Part shown: piece by piece, positions 13,755-26,803 of the stretch
Numbering within the stretch: the stretch's first letter is position 1
Layout of the letters: each line of letters opens with the position of its first letter
Source: Gnetum montanum
Taxonomy: Eukaryota > Plantae > Gnetophyta
Assembly (NCBI GenBank): GCA_015680685.1
Contig: MNCI01000668.1
Span: 444,231 to 508,230, forward strand
DNA length: 64,000 bases
Direction: 5' to 3'
The notes under the pieces: model-generated
The model's input: only the letters and a program-made list of their open reading frames with translations
What the model was told of the DNA's origin: nothing
Database searches by the model: none
Translations under genes and position numbers: made by a program

Positions 13755-14970
13755 TGTTGAATTTTTGGTATGTCAAAACATTAAGGAAAATGGAGTACAA
13801 GGATGTTTGTGTGGTTAGTGTGTTCAAAGGAGCAAGAGTAAAGGAACTCAAGGACTCACAAGCAAAGTTGAGATCACAAGAACTCAAGGGAGCATGAACG
13901 AATATGAAGAATTTAAGAAAAATGTGTCTATTTTTGTTGAAGATGATTCCTAGATTTTTGGCATGTTTTGAGTGTTTTTGGCTCATTTTGATGAGTCTAG
14001 AAGGTTATAAGGTCTATGGGAACTTTTTTGGAGGTATCTAGAGGCTCCTAGCATCAAAATGAGTAGTTTCATTTTTAGCCCTTGCAGAAGTGACGTCTTT
14101 CAAATTCCAAAAATTTCTTTCAAGAAGGTAGGAAAGAAGAAGACATCTTTGAAAAATGGTAGACTTATTTCTAGTCAAGAAGATGTCTTTCATGTGAAGA
14201 AGATGTCTTCCTAGAATGGAGGTTAGATGAAGAAAGATGTCTCAATCTTGAAGAAGATGTCTTTAGTGATCATTAGTTAGGCATTGCACAAGTTTTGAGA
14301 TGGATTCAGAAATATAGTAGCTATAATGAGATATCATTTACATTGGGAAATGAGAAAGCATTGTGTATTATCTATTATAATCATTTGACAATCATTATAA
14401 TCATTTTTGCTCCTCATTGTACAATAATTTATTTTTTGTAACTGGTATAAGTGAGATGTACCTCAAGTATAAGGATAAGAAAATTTAGTTGCATTTATCC
14501 CTTATAATTATTGTTCTCTTTTGTTGCCCTATAGGGTTGATGTGCTTCTTGCAAGAAGGCATCTTACTTGAGCTAGATGGGATCTTGTGGGATTGAGTGT
14601 TGGTATAGCACCAAAACACTCCAAAGCAGAGCTCAAGTTGTAAAAGTAGTGGGATCCTTGAAACCACATTCTAAGCTTGTTAGGACCTTGTGGTATTAAG
14701 TGGATTCATAGCATTGAATCACTTTAGAGTGGAGCATAGGCCATGTACAGGGTGTGGTACCCTTCAAACCACATTTGAGAGCAACAAAGTTTAGAGGTAT
14801 GCTTGTGAACTATCCTCTGAGTATGGACTACCCAAGTTGGGGAACCACATTAAATTTGGTGTGTGTGCTTTATCTCAACAAATTTTAATTTGAGGAACTT
14901 ATTCATTGTGCCTGCATCCCCAGCTCCCCCCTCCCCTCCCCCCAACCACTTCTAAGTTCAATGATTCTCA
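13755..14970 (+). repeat. 3' LTR of copy 2 (~1.2 kb)
   Basis: TGTTG..CTCA; palindromic repeat cluster at 14086-14268; C-rich tract near the 3' end. Confidence 0.85.
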
Positions 14971-15039
14971 ATATACAATGCTAAAATCCTTATTACCAAA
15001 TCCTTTTCTATGTTAGATTAATGCTAAAATCCTTACCAT

Positions 15040-15118
15040 TGTAACCCTTACCACTAAAATCCTCACCACTAAGACCCTCTCCACTAAAGCCCTTACTACT
15101 TAAGCCTTGATCGCTAAA
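15040..15118. repeat. ~15-bp tandem repeat (cccttaccactaaaa-like, ~5 units)
   Basis: cccttaccactaaaa/tcctcaccactaaga/ccctctccactaaag/cccttactacttaag. Confidence 0.7.
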
Positions 15119-15240
15119 TATTGTTTTTTACTAGATATTCAATGATCCAACAAAGAATTTCTCTAAAATTATAAGATAATTTGTACATAATGAAAAGTTT
15201 ATTAATGTAGAATTGAATATTCAAATTCAAGTAACAATCA

Positions 15241-15305
15241 GGTGTTAGTCTAATAGTAAGAGTCTTAATTTGAAAGCTCCAAGTCATGGGTTTGATTTTG
15301 GTGGA
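15241..15305 (+). other. Degenerate tRNA-derived (SINE-head-like) fragment
   Basis: A-box-like tagtctaatagtaa and B-box-like gggtttgattt at tRNA-like spacing; no intact cloverleaf. Confidence 0.3.
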
Positions 15306-15799
15306 TAGTGTTTAGTTATAAATTTTTAATTGGACTATATTAATATTAGTTTGGGATTCAAATATTTAAGTTCATGTACTATATTCTTGTAAAACAATCT
15401 ATGCACTATATGTGCTATATTTTTGAATAATACTAAAGAGAAGAGATGCAACTAATTAGATGGAGGTATTAGAACCTAAAAGAAAGAAAATAAGTATATT
15501 CTAAAACATATAGCTAACATGATAGTTTAGAAGAATTATTGAGGAATATAATGATGCAAGAAGTATGACTTGAACTAATAACCTTTTTCCTAACAAGATA
15601 ATGACCTAACCACTTAAAGCTATTTATGACTAAAAAAGATGTCACAAATGGGGAGTGTTGGACCTAAAAAAATGAATAATAATATTAAAAACATTCTAAG
15701 TATATTAGATCATCGAAGAGAGAGTCTAAAGACAAGGCCTAACAGTTTTGGATATGTTTTTTTAGATTTTTATCCTTACAACTAATCTTGAAAAGCCTC

Positions 15800-17271
15800 T
15801 CCTTTGGGGTAGGAAAAGGATCAAGCCTTGTCTTTATTTAAAAGCACCCTCATGGATTTTCACTTCTTACTAAAGTATTTCCTATAAAGAAAAGGATAAA
15901 AATATCTCTAAAGAATAAACAATACATTAATCAGAAGTAAATAACAAATAGTAACAAAAGCTAAAAGCTTTTCATCCTTGAGTCTCAAAAAAGAAAGAAA
16001 GAAAGAAAGAAAGAAATTAATATTGTAGAAAACAAATTAATTTTTTAGCTTTGATTGAAAGCTTTTATACTTGAAGTTGTAGCTGAAAAGAAAAATCTTT
16101 GAGAATTTTAGTATTTGACACTTAAAGAGAGGTTATAGTAATACTCTTACTACTAAACAATAATTGCACAACAAATTTTGAAAATAGAGTAGAGAATAAG
16201 GAGTCAAAGATAGTTTCAAATGCAAAGAAATGAAGTAGATAAAGAATGTTGATCACCAAGGATGACTTCATTAATACTTGGTTAAAAGTTACAAATTCTA
16301 GATGTTGAGAAACATGACACTTAAGAAAAAACCACAAGAAAATAAGTCTTTACTTTTACAAAGAATACATTGAGGAGAAAGTCTTCTCATATGTTTAAGA
16401 CGATTACTAATAGAAAGACCTTGATGAATAAAATACCATAAAAAATATAAATTTTAATAAATGTAGGAGCTATCCAAATATCTTTTATTTTTTTTCATTT
16501 AAAAGTGCGATGATATTTGCATTTTCTAGGTCTTATTGAATTTGTTATGAATAAAATCATTCTTTATAATAATATCATAAAAAACTTTGAAATTAAAGGG
16601 AGAAACATATTTGCCATTTGTCTAATAAAATATATAGAAAAACTTGATGCAAATTATTATTAACTTTTAAAAAATTCTTAAGATTATAAAGTAAATTTTT
16701 GAAATTCTTTTTCCTCTTTCAGTTTAAACCATAGAGGCTAGAATCTTCATTTCAAGCAATCCATCTATAGTACATACGCAAACAAGAAATTGTAGTGATA
16801 CCAAACCTACTTAAACTGGTACACAATTTAGATGCATTATTAGCCCAAGCTCCTTCTTAAAAGAAAGTTATCATGAGCTAATTTTTTGAAGCATATCTTC
16901 TAAAACTATAATATTATTGTAATTCCAATATTTACTAAGCTTACACCATGTCTTTTAAATATTTTTAGGAATTAGAAAACCAGGAAATAAAATCTCCTAA
17001 GGAAAAAAAAAAGATAATAAAGAAATTTATTAGAAGATCAACTATTATCAGTTTTATATTTTTTTTACATAAGTATATTTATTGAAAGGAGTATTTAAAT
17101 ATCATCCCTATTAATGAACTTTGCAATCTATTTTATTGCAAGAGAAATACCCTAGTTATAACAATTAATGAGGCCAAGTCCTTCATCTTTATTGCTACTA
17201 ATGAAAATATTTCAAGAAACTTTAGAAAATCTTTTTCTATGTTTCTTAGCAAACTAGACAAAATAATGGAT
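15800..17271 (-). pseudogene. LINE (L1-type) ORF2 C-terminal part
   Basis: Minus-strand KDEGLGLINCYN*GISLAIK*IAKF (GGLGL..ALAAKW motif) at ~17120-17200; SPQCILCKSK..FFLKC zinc-finger remnant at ~16315-16385; lower bound approximate. Confidence 0.7.
15987..16016. repeat. (AAAG)n microsatellite
   Basis: aaaaaagaaagaaagaaagaaagaaagaaa. Confidence 0.9.
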
Positions 17272-17761
17272 TGTTAAAGTTAACATAGTGTCATTTAGAA
17301 GTGCTTTACAGGATTTCATAATTCATGAGAATCTTTGGTAACATAATTTCGTTATCAATAATATTTTCTTTTCTTCAAATAACTCTCTTCTGTAAGCTTG
17401 TATTCTTGGATCTTTTCATTGTAACAATTTGTTCCATAATCATGAAAAAATCTACTTGTACTTCTTTTACTCTACTAAACACACACTAACTTAGTATTGA
17501 CTAGATCTTTAACATAATGAAGGATTATGACTCATCGTAATTGACAAAATACTTTGTTACAACTTGTAACAAAACATTGTAACTTGCTTATTACTTGTTA
17601 TGATTTGTAATTGTAATTTATCTAACAAATAATTTATGGATTATAATAATTGACTTATACATAAATATCTTATGAATCATAACACATTTTTATGACTTGA
17701 ATGAGTTAACTTAATAACAATGACTTACGTATCAAGATAATGTATGAACTACCATCTAATA
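17272..17761 (-). repeat. 3' LTR of old Copia
   Basis: Diverged direct repeat of 59464-59940. Confidence 0.85.
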
Positions 17762-17899
17762 CTTATCCTTAATTCATAATTTATCTTTGTGTTCATTCCA
17801 TTGCACTTTATGTTAATAATATGAAGTGAAAGAAAGATGATAAAAATGTTGGAGGGTAGCTTCTCCAAACATAATATTAAATTTCTTTCGTAATCTTCA

Positions 17900-19447
17900 T
17901 AGTCATCTTCTTACTTCAGATTGCGAAGTAAGGACATCAAGGAAAGGTACTCGTAGAACATATTAAATGATTATTTGGTAAGAGCTTTCATAAATCCATA
18001 TACTTTCTAAGATTTGGTCGAAATATACTAGACATTGATATATTTCTTCAAATACTTTTTTATGAAGTAAATGCTTCTTTCAATGTGTTTACTATTCTCA
18101 TGATAGATTGGATTTTGAATAACTTTGATTGTTGCTTCATTGTCATAGTGAATTCTAATGGATTTTGGAACCTTAGTACTAATTTTTGTAAGGATCTACT
18201 CAATCCATATTACATCTAGAATCATCTTTTGTAATGCACAATACTTAGCTTCCATGGATAAGAGAGACACAACTCTCTATTTATTACTTTTCCAACTTAT
18301 ACGATTTTTATATACCTGAATTAGAAAGCCAATGTGGGAATGTTTGTTAATCATATCATCAACCCAATATACATCTATATATGCTTCCATTATTTTTAAT
18401 GATGTTGCTTTAAATATTAGACCATCTGTTAATGTACCTTTAATATATCTCAAGATCAAGAAGGCTTCTTGCATATGATGATAATTTGGCCTTTACATTG
18501 CCATGGCTAGTTGATTTATGATATATGTAATAGATGATCTTATATTCATAAGATACATAAGAGCTTAAATGATCTATTGATATTAAGTAAATCCATAATT
18601 TATCCTTCAATACTAAATTTTGAATTTAGAATCCATTAGAATATTAAACTCTTTGCATTTCAACATATTATATTTTTGTAATAAATTAGTTGTATACTTC
18701 ATTTGGGATAGATTTATCTCACTTGATTCCTATCATAATTTTATTCTTAGATAATTGTGCACCAAGCCAAGGTCTAATATATCAAATTGAAGGGATAACT
18801 AATGCTTAAAATTTTCTATGATTTGTATTTCCATTATTGCTATCAATATATCATCACCATGAAAGGCTAGAAGGATTTGAATCTTTTTATTTTTCTTAAA
18901 TATGTAAAGGTTACTATCTTTCTAAGAATTAATAAATTCATATTTGATCATGAATTGATCAATCTTTTGATATCATACTCATGGTACTTGTTTTAGTCTA
19001 TAAATAACCTTTCATAATCTACATATAAGCCTTTCATCTTTTACAAATCGCTCTACTTTTTTCATATAGATTTATTCTTGTTTTAGTTTATAAATAACCT
19101 TTCATAATCTCAATACAAGAAAGTAGATTTGACATCGATTTGATGAATTTTCCATCTCAACTTGGTAGAAAAATAGATAATTATCCTAAAGGTCACCATG
19201 CATGTAGTAGGGGTGAATGTTTCTTTATAATTAATTTCCTTAATTTGAGAGAATCCTTTGATAACCAATCAAGATTTATACTTATCTAGTGTTCCATCAT
19301 CTTTTAGTTTGGTCATAAATATCCACCAATTCTTAATAGGTTATCATTCATTTAGATAGGGTACTAACTCCCATAATTCTCTCTTTTGCATCATTTTAAT
19401 TTTAGCTTTCATTGCACATGTCCAATGGTCCATTGTAAAGGTTTGAG
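17900..19447 (-). pseudogene. pol: Copia reverse transcriptase and RNase H
   Basis: HWTCAMKAKIKMMQKRELWELVP; ILRYIKGT..ISWKSNK; SMEAKYCAL. Confidence 0.88.
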
Positions 19448-20920
19448 TGTTGCGACGAAAAATATGTCACTAGAAAAACCAAGGATTTTTAGTTGCATTT
19501 GGCCTCAACCCTAAATCCCCTAGGGCCTTCACAAGAAAAATAGGATTTAGGATGCCCTAGATGATCCAGCAGATCACCCAAGGACTTAAGGGGAATGTAA
19601 AATGGGGGTGCAAAAAGTTTAAAAGATGTAGATCTATAAAATAATGCACTAAAAATATAATAATGATATCTAAAATTGGACACAAACTAAAATCATAAAT
19701 TTCATTAAATGAATAAAGATGTGTACAAAGTTGGTGCCCAAAAGGGGGGCAAAGGGGGGTTCACTTGGGCAAGGGTTTAGAGCCTGTTAAAGCCACAATC
19801 AACTCCATAATTTGGTATCTCTGCCACTCTTGATGCTATTGAACCTCCTTTATCACCACCTTAGATCTACAAAGTTGGTTGCTGTTGGGGCTAGGGAATT
19901 GTCAAGGATTGGGGAGGCAAAAGTGCACAACGCTAGGATTTGACGATCCCATGGAGGCAATGTTGACACCCAAAGCTCATAGATCCAAAAGGGGGGAGTA
20001 ATAGGGGTAACAAATTATAAAGGTTCCATGCTACTAGGCTCCAAGAAGCTATGTTTTTACTAAGGAAGTAAGAGCTCTTGGATGCCAAAATGCCAAGGGT
20101 GTTAAATTGCAAAAGTGTGGAACCTTAACATGGTGCCAAGGTTTGTTTTTTATAGGGTTATGGCCATGATTCAAGCTACAAACTGGCTACAAATGGCTGA
20201 CATAATTGGCTATAAATTTACTTCCAATGGCCAACATAATTGGTTTCCAAATTGCTAATTGATCAGCTAAAAATTAGTTGTCAAATTGTTGATTAATTAG
20301 CTACCAAGTTGCTAAAAATTAGTTGCCATGTTTAAGGGGGCTAAGTGAGATCCACCCTCATGCATCCTAGCTATCTAGCCCCTTCATGCTATTTAACTCC
20401 CTCTCTCCTAGCTAGTTGATCCCCTCCCCTCCCCTTGGAAGGGGGGTGGGAGGGGTGAGAATAGTGTCAACATTGAGGGGGATGGGAGGTCAATGCTAGG
20501 GGTGAAGGTTAACCCCTTGAGGCTAGGTTACCCTCCTTTCCACACTAGGGGTAGGTGAGTTCTACCCTCCTTTCATCCCTCCATGCTAGCCTTGAAGTCT
20601 ACTAGCTAGCTTACCTCCTGTAAGGGGTGTGTCAATGTAGAGAAATGTATACCCTGCATAAAACCCATTAAATTTCCATTTTTGGCATTCTAAAAGAGAT
20701 TTTTGACTTCACCAAGCCTAGATATAGATACTAGGTGACTTGTTTCACTTTGTGAATGAGGAGTTTGGTCACTTATGAAGCATTTTTAGCCCCAAAAGTA
20801 TGAAACATGTGAGATTTCTCCTTTATTGGTTACAACCTTCACATTTACAATAAAATATTGCCTTGGGTTTCATGGGATGGGATTACAAAGGTTTCAACAT
20901 GCAAATTTGGTGGTGTTTCA
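19448..20920 (-). repeat. 3' LTR of Ogre/Tat element (~1.47 kb)
   Basis: tgttgcg..tggtgtttca; collinear with 45359-46466 and 56428-56786; internal aattggcta repeats. Confidence 0.88.
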
Positions 20921-21864
20921 TTGGCCCCTCTTTTTTTGTATCTAGAGGACTAACCAAAAGGCATCAATAAAGAATACAAAACACCATGATAGGTCCACCA
21001 TTGACATCCCCTCTTCATGCTTGATCTAGTCATGTTGAACCATGTCGAAGAGTGCTTATGATGATGGCATTGGATTATGATGATGGAGGAATGGTAGTGG
21101 TAGTTAGGGAGATGGTCATGGAGGCTAATGATGCATTTCAAGTGTTGTCACCATGGTTGTAGCATGGTATTAACATATTTTGAAGTATTGGTTGCTCGAC
21201 AAATGCGTTTGAGGAATCAACCACTTTTCTCCAAGAGTGTTTTGGCCATCGGGCTTCAAGGATTCTTTGGTCATTTAGCTCCTTGGAAATTTTCTTTCCC
21301 TCTTTTTTTGTCAGGTGAAACCTTCCTTGGGTTTCATTACAAGGGTTTGTTTAACATAGTTTTTTTCAGGTGAGTTGTGTTACACTTAATAGACTTGAGA
21401 GTTATCCCATCGAATGAACTACATTACGCTCGATAGACTTAATGGTTTTTCCACTAGATGGATTGTGTTACATCCATGTGGACTTGAGGATGGAGCATGT
21501 TGAGGAAATATCATATGGATATAGTAGATGAATGATAGACATAGACCAACATCATTGCTTAAGGTAGGGAAACTTATCATCAGGCTACGAGTTTGGGCTC
21601 AAGGAGTGGTGCTAGTGGGGGGGAGAAGAGAGAGTAGTGGTATAAGTACTCTTAACATAGTAGAAAAAACTCTTTGAATCTTACACATTGAGGTCATGTG
21701 ATGATTTTCTACTATAATGAGTTACACTGTTGTGATGACTTTAGGATTCGTCCTACAAACCTAACTCCAAGAGGACAAGAAAACCAAGCAAACAAATCAT
21801 GTTACAACATTACAATGCATATATAGGCCACATGGAGAATAAAATGAAGCTACCTAGGTTACCA

Positions 21865-22045
21865 ATGTTGCTAGTTTAAAGCCATGGTGGGTCATGGTAC
21901 CAATTAAAGTATTGGTAAGCCATGGTGCTAATGCAAGGTCATAAAAGACTATGATGCCAGTTTAGAGTCTTAGCAAACTTTGATGTTGATTTATGGTCTT
22001 GGAAGGCTGTGTTTCCAATTTAAGGCCTCAACAGGCCAATTTAGA
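21865..22045. repeat. Degenerate ~29-bp tandem repeat downstream of integrase
   Basis: Recurrent (t/g)gc(t/c)a(g/a)tttaa(a/g)g..tgg..gccatgg-like units. Confidence 0.5.
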
Positions 22046-22074
22046 GTAGGTTCGCTTATTGATGACCATCGACT

Positions 22075-23430
22075 ATGTGTAATATGGATTTAGATATAAG
22101 TGATTGACTAGATTGGCTAGCTCAATCCTATCCATGTTAGCTATCCTGAATGCTCCATTATTATAGGCTTTGGTGATCAAGAAGGGCCCTTCCTAATTGG
22201 TTGAGAATTTATTAGCATGCTCATGGATGGTTTTGAGACTAGGTCACCTTCCTTGATCTTATGCTTGGTCAAGTTATGTTGGTGCTATTGTGTTTTCCTC
22301 TCTTAATAATGTTCAATGTGAGTAAGCACCTACATACATTACTCCTCCACCGAGTCTAAGGTTGCTTCCCATAACTCCTTGTTCTACTAATCATTGATGA
22401 AGTAAATTAAGGCTACTTGAAGTGATGGAACTTGTAATTCAAGAGGAAAAATAACTTCAAAACCATAAACTAGGCTATAAGGGGTTACTCTAGTTGCTAT
22501 GCAATAAGTTATTTTATAGGCCCATAACGCATGGACAAGTCGCTCATGCCATTTATGGCTGTCATTATTGAGCATCTTCTTTAGTAAGTTGATAATGTCT
22601 TTGCTGCTCACCTCTACTTTTCCATTGGCCTAAGGATAATAAGGTGATGAGAAATAATTTTTAATGCCTAGGTTATGATAGAAATCTTTCATTTCATGAC
22701 TACTAAACTATGGTTCATTATTTGTTACTATGGTCATGGGTATGCTAAAACTAGCTATAATGTTATCTAAGATAAATTTGCAAACTTGTTAAAATGTGGT
22801 ATTCCTTCAAGGAATAGCCTCAATCCACTTCATAAAGTATTCAATTGCAGCGATGATGAAACTATGACCTACAAAAGACTTGGGTGTCATAGGTTCGATG
22901 ATATCTAACCCCCATTGTTGAAATAGCCAAGTGAGCTAAGTGGTATGTAACTTTGTTAGTGGTATGTGTATGAAGTTACTATGTCATTGGCACATGTCAC
23001 AATGCTTAAGCTTTTGCATACAATCACTTTTCATATGGGGCTAGTAGTAACCTAACGGCCTAATCTTAGCAACCATAGCTCTTGGTCCCATATGTCCTAC
23101 ACAAACACCATCATGAACCTCCTCTAGGATTGTTCTAGCTTCAGTTTTACCTAAGAACTTTAGTAATATACCATCATAGGAGTGTTGACATAACGTTTTA
23201 TCACCTATGATGACATATTTCTTTGATCTTTTTTCTACAACATCCTTTTGGGTAGTAGTTAGGCATTGCAAAGACTCACCATGCATGAGGTAAAATTTAA
23301 TATCATCATACCACTTCCTAAGAGGAGTAGTATTGACGATGGCTACAAAGGTATCTTCAATGTTTTGCATGATGGAAACAACATAGTCCATGATTAAAGT
23401 GGACAATTTATTAAACATGTCTGGCATCAC
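22075..23430 (-). pseudogene. pol: Tat-clade integrase
   Basis: ILEEVHDGVCVGHMGPRAMVAKIRPLGYY; WGLDII; WHERLVHALWAY..TPYSLVYGFE. Confidence 0.9.
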
Positions 23431-23830
23431 ACTTAGAGCTAATGTTGCAATTGCATTGGCTATGGCTTTCTTGTTCGAGGGTATAGGCTGGATATCAACG
23501 TCTACAAACTATTGTAACAATTGTTTCTCTAGGTCACAGTATGGTTGTAAATGTTTGGCTTTACATGCATAGACTTCCATTACTTGGTTAACCATAATTT
23601 GGGAATCACCTTTAATAACTAAGCATCTAATTCCTAGGTCATGAGCTACCATCATCCCCTTGATCAAATCTTCATATTCTGCTATGTTGTTGGTACATGG
23701 GAACTCAAAATGATAGGTGAAAGGTTGGATTTAACTAGATTGAAATATTATGATTGTAGTAGCACTAGTCTCGTGGGTAGTTGAAGCTCCATCAAATTGC
23801 ATGAGCACCTCATAATCCTTAGGCACTTGG
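23431..23830 (-). pseudogene. pol: Additional archaeal-type RNase H (aRH) between RH and INT
   Basis: MQFDGAST..FEFPCTNNIAEYEDLIKG..VIKGDSQIMVNQV. Confidence 0.85.
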
Positions 23831-23899
23831 ATAAAAGTATTAATATGATGATCAAGGAACTCAGGATCTACAATTTCTTGGTCATCATCAAGTGAAACT

Positions 23900-25530
23900 A
23901 TGAGTTGTACAGCTATAGCTTGATCTTTCATTGAGGATTGAAAATATGTGGTTATGGCTTTTCATTGGGCTATATAGCTACTCTCATAGATATTGGTTGT
24001 TATAGATCTAAGCACATTATCTTTTCAAATGACATTAACTTGGCTTCTGAAGAGGTAGTGTCTCCACTTCTTCAATGAGAAGACTAGTGCTAGATAATAA
24101 TTCTACACTTTAGTGTATTGGGTTTCATGGTCAACTAATGCATGGCTAAGATAGTATATAGGCATTTCTACTTCATCATCTTGTTTTTGACAAAGCAGAG
24201 AGGCAATGAATGTGTTAGAGATGACCAAGTATATGTAAAAGGGTCTACCTTCTTGCAAAGGATAGACTATTGATAGTTGTGTCAACTCTTACTTAAGGTT
24301 TTCAAAGGCCTCTTGGCATTGAGCTATCCACTCATAGTCAACCCTTTCTTAAGAAAGTTTTGCATGGGTCATAATTTATCTATAATCCTAGTGATAAACC
24401 TATGAATAAATTGTAATCTACCTTGCAATCCCCAAATCTCCTTAACGTTGGCAAGTGTTACTAATTTGGATATAAACTTAACCTTATGAGGATTAACACA
24501 CATCTTTGCTTCAAATACTACAAAGCCAAGCATCTTGCCAGTCTTGACACTAAAGACACATTTCTTAGGATTAATATTAAGCTCATATTTGAGGCATTGT
24601 TTAACCATAAGATCTAGATCATTAGCATGATCATTAGCCTCCTTAGGCTTAACAAATATGTCATCCACATAGTCATTAAAAAACCCTAGCATGTAATCAT
24701 TGAAGATATAAGTCATGGCTTGTTGATATGTTGCTCCTACATTCTTGAGGCCAAAAGGCATCATAGTATAGCAAAAGTTTCCCCAAGGGGTCATAAAGGT
24801 TATGATAAGTTGGTGCTATGGGTTGATCCTAATTTGGTTGTATCCTAAGAACCCATTCATAAAGGACAATAAGGCATGCCTAGTCATGGTATCGATAAGC
24901 TGATCAATGCTAGGTAATGGGAAGTTATCCTTAATAGTTTCTTTATTTAGGTCTTAGAAATCAATGTAAATATGGACACTCCTATTTTTCATAGGGACTA
25001 CCAATATGTTGGAAATCCATTTTACATAGTCAAAAACCCTAATGAAGCCAACTCAATAGAGTTTTGAGATCTCATCATGAACTGCCAAGGCTAAAGCAAG
25101 TCTTATCTTACATACTTTTTTCTTAACTAGTCTAATGCTAGGATCTAGTATGATGTTATGTTGTACTAAGTGTGGGTCTAGGCCTAGCATATCTTTATAT
25201 GAATAGGCAAAGGCCTTAATGTATTACCTTGATGATGTCTTAATCTTGTTGAGGTTCGAGTGAGGAACTTAGTTTAAGGATTTTCTCCTCACCACTATGT
25301 GTCATGATAGGAACCTCAACCAGAGAGTCTTTGGTTATGTCTTCCTCCTCTAAGTGAAGGGTTTTGACTAGGTTTTTAGGTTTCTCTAGAGCTTTCTCTG
25401 TTGAGGCTATGTAGTCAAAAAGACTCTTAGGCTCAAGATCTAGGCAATTATGGTTAATATACCATTCTACATCATCGTGAGACCCATTTAGGCTCAAAGG
25501 TAGAATGATTAGCTCCCAAGTACTCATACT
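23900..25530 (-). pseudogene. pol: Gypsy reverse transcriptase and RNase H
   Basis: TPWGNFCYTMMPFGLKNVGATYQ..DYVDDIFVK..INPKKCVF; PIYYLSHALVDHETQY. Confidence 0.92.
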
Positions 25531-25963
25531 TTAATCTTGCATGTCAACCAAAAGAATATTAAGTGGCACCTAGCTAAAAAGTAATAAAAAATGCTTAAAA
25601 TGCTATAAAATCATGTAAATACATTCTAGTCTAGTGCAAACAAGGTCATCCAAGGATAAAAATAAGGTAAAAGCAAGTGAACAAAGTGCAATAGGGACCA
25701 AGTAAAGGTGAAACAAATGAATAAGAATGCAATTGGTCAAGGGTCATGGTTTGCCAATTTTAGGCCTTGGCAAGGCATAATGCCATGATGTCAAACAATG
25801 GTCGAGGAAGGCCAAACCCCACCATTTGACATCCATCAAATGCTAAACAAAGGAAAAAATAGATAAAGAAAGTAAAAGGCTATATAAAAGGCTAGAAGAA
25901 GGTTATAAGGGTCAACAATGCAACATAAGGCCAAAAACCAAGTTAAAACATCAAGTAAAGCAT

Positions 25964-26803
25964 TGATGAGTGGTGAGGTACCACTACACTCAACCATACG
26001 AATACGAGCGTAGCATGCGCGATCCGGTCGAACTCCATAGACTAAGTGCCTACACGCCTCATGGAACAGTTAGGGTTAATCATTCGTTGTCTTCCCAGAC
26101 TTGTAGTTGTCATGGTTGTATGGTTAAGTAAGTCTGAGGTATATGATTTTTATGTCTCTTTTGTTTTATCTCCTATGCTAACAAGGTGAAGGGTGAAGAG
26201 AATAATTAACTAACTCTAACTAACTAACTAAGTCTTAATTAACCTAGCATCAACATCCATTCCCACTTACAGTTCACACGCTGTACCAATGCAACCTTGG
26301 TTACCAAATGCTAATCGTTGTTGGGATCACCAAGCGTAACGCACGTGCTCGAAGCGGTTGTACTGAGGCACTTAACTAGGAGAGAAGGGTTGAGAGAGAT
26401 TTAATAACTAATAAAGGGATTAAATGATAAATAGTAAATAACATTAAAAAAAATCCTATTTAGCCTATTCCATGAACTGCAAGGTTTATCCAAGATGTTC
26501 ATCTTTATTACCGTACACAAACTTGTGTTCAGGTACAAAATTTGCTCGAATAAAGATTCATTCACTTTGGAGTTCCTACTGTGGGCACATGGAAAATATT
26601 CTATCTCTGGAGGGATCAAACTACCAGAGTTTCAATATGGTCTAAGCCTAGGATGAGAAACAAGGGAGAGCCACCTCTTATTTATAGACTTGGCGGTGCA
26701 CCGTGATATCGTGTACGGGATATTGCGGGGGATGATGCAATATCGCGTGGGATGCGATATTGTGGTAGACGCGATATTTTTTACGCGATATCGCATTCCA
26801 TCA
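25964..26803 (-). repeat. 3' LTR of NA1
   Basis: Direct repeat of 32186-33046; minus-strand TATA tataaataagag at ~26675-26686. Confidence 0.93.

Larger units (their letters stand above)
9998..14970 (+). mobile_element. Gag-only Sirevirus-like Ty1/Copia LTR element, copy 2 (5' LTR truncated)
   Basis: ~9998-10242 matches the last ~270 bp of LTR 13755-14970; PBS; gag; repeated PPTs; no pol. Confidence 0.85.

Noticed and set aside
25964-26010. Hammerhead ribozyme (retrozyme) suggested by tgatgag..cgaa at the LTR edge
   Set aside because: No CUGAUGA..GAAA core with closing stems; tgatgag is simply the LTR terminus
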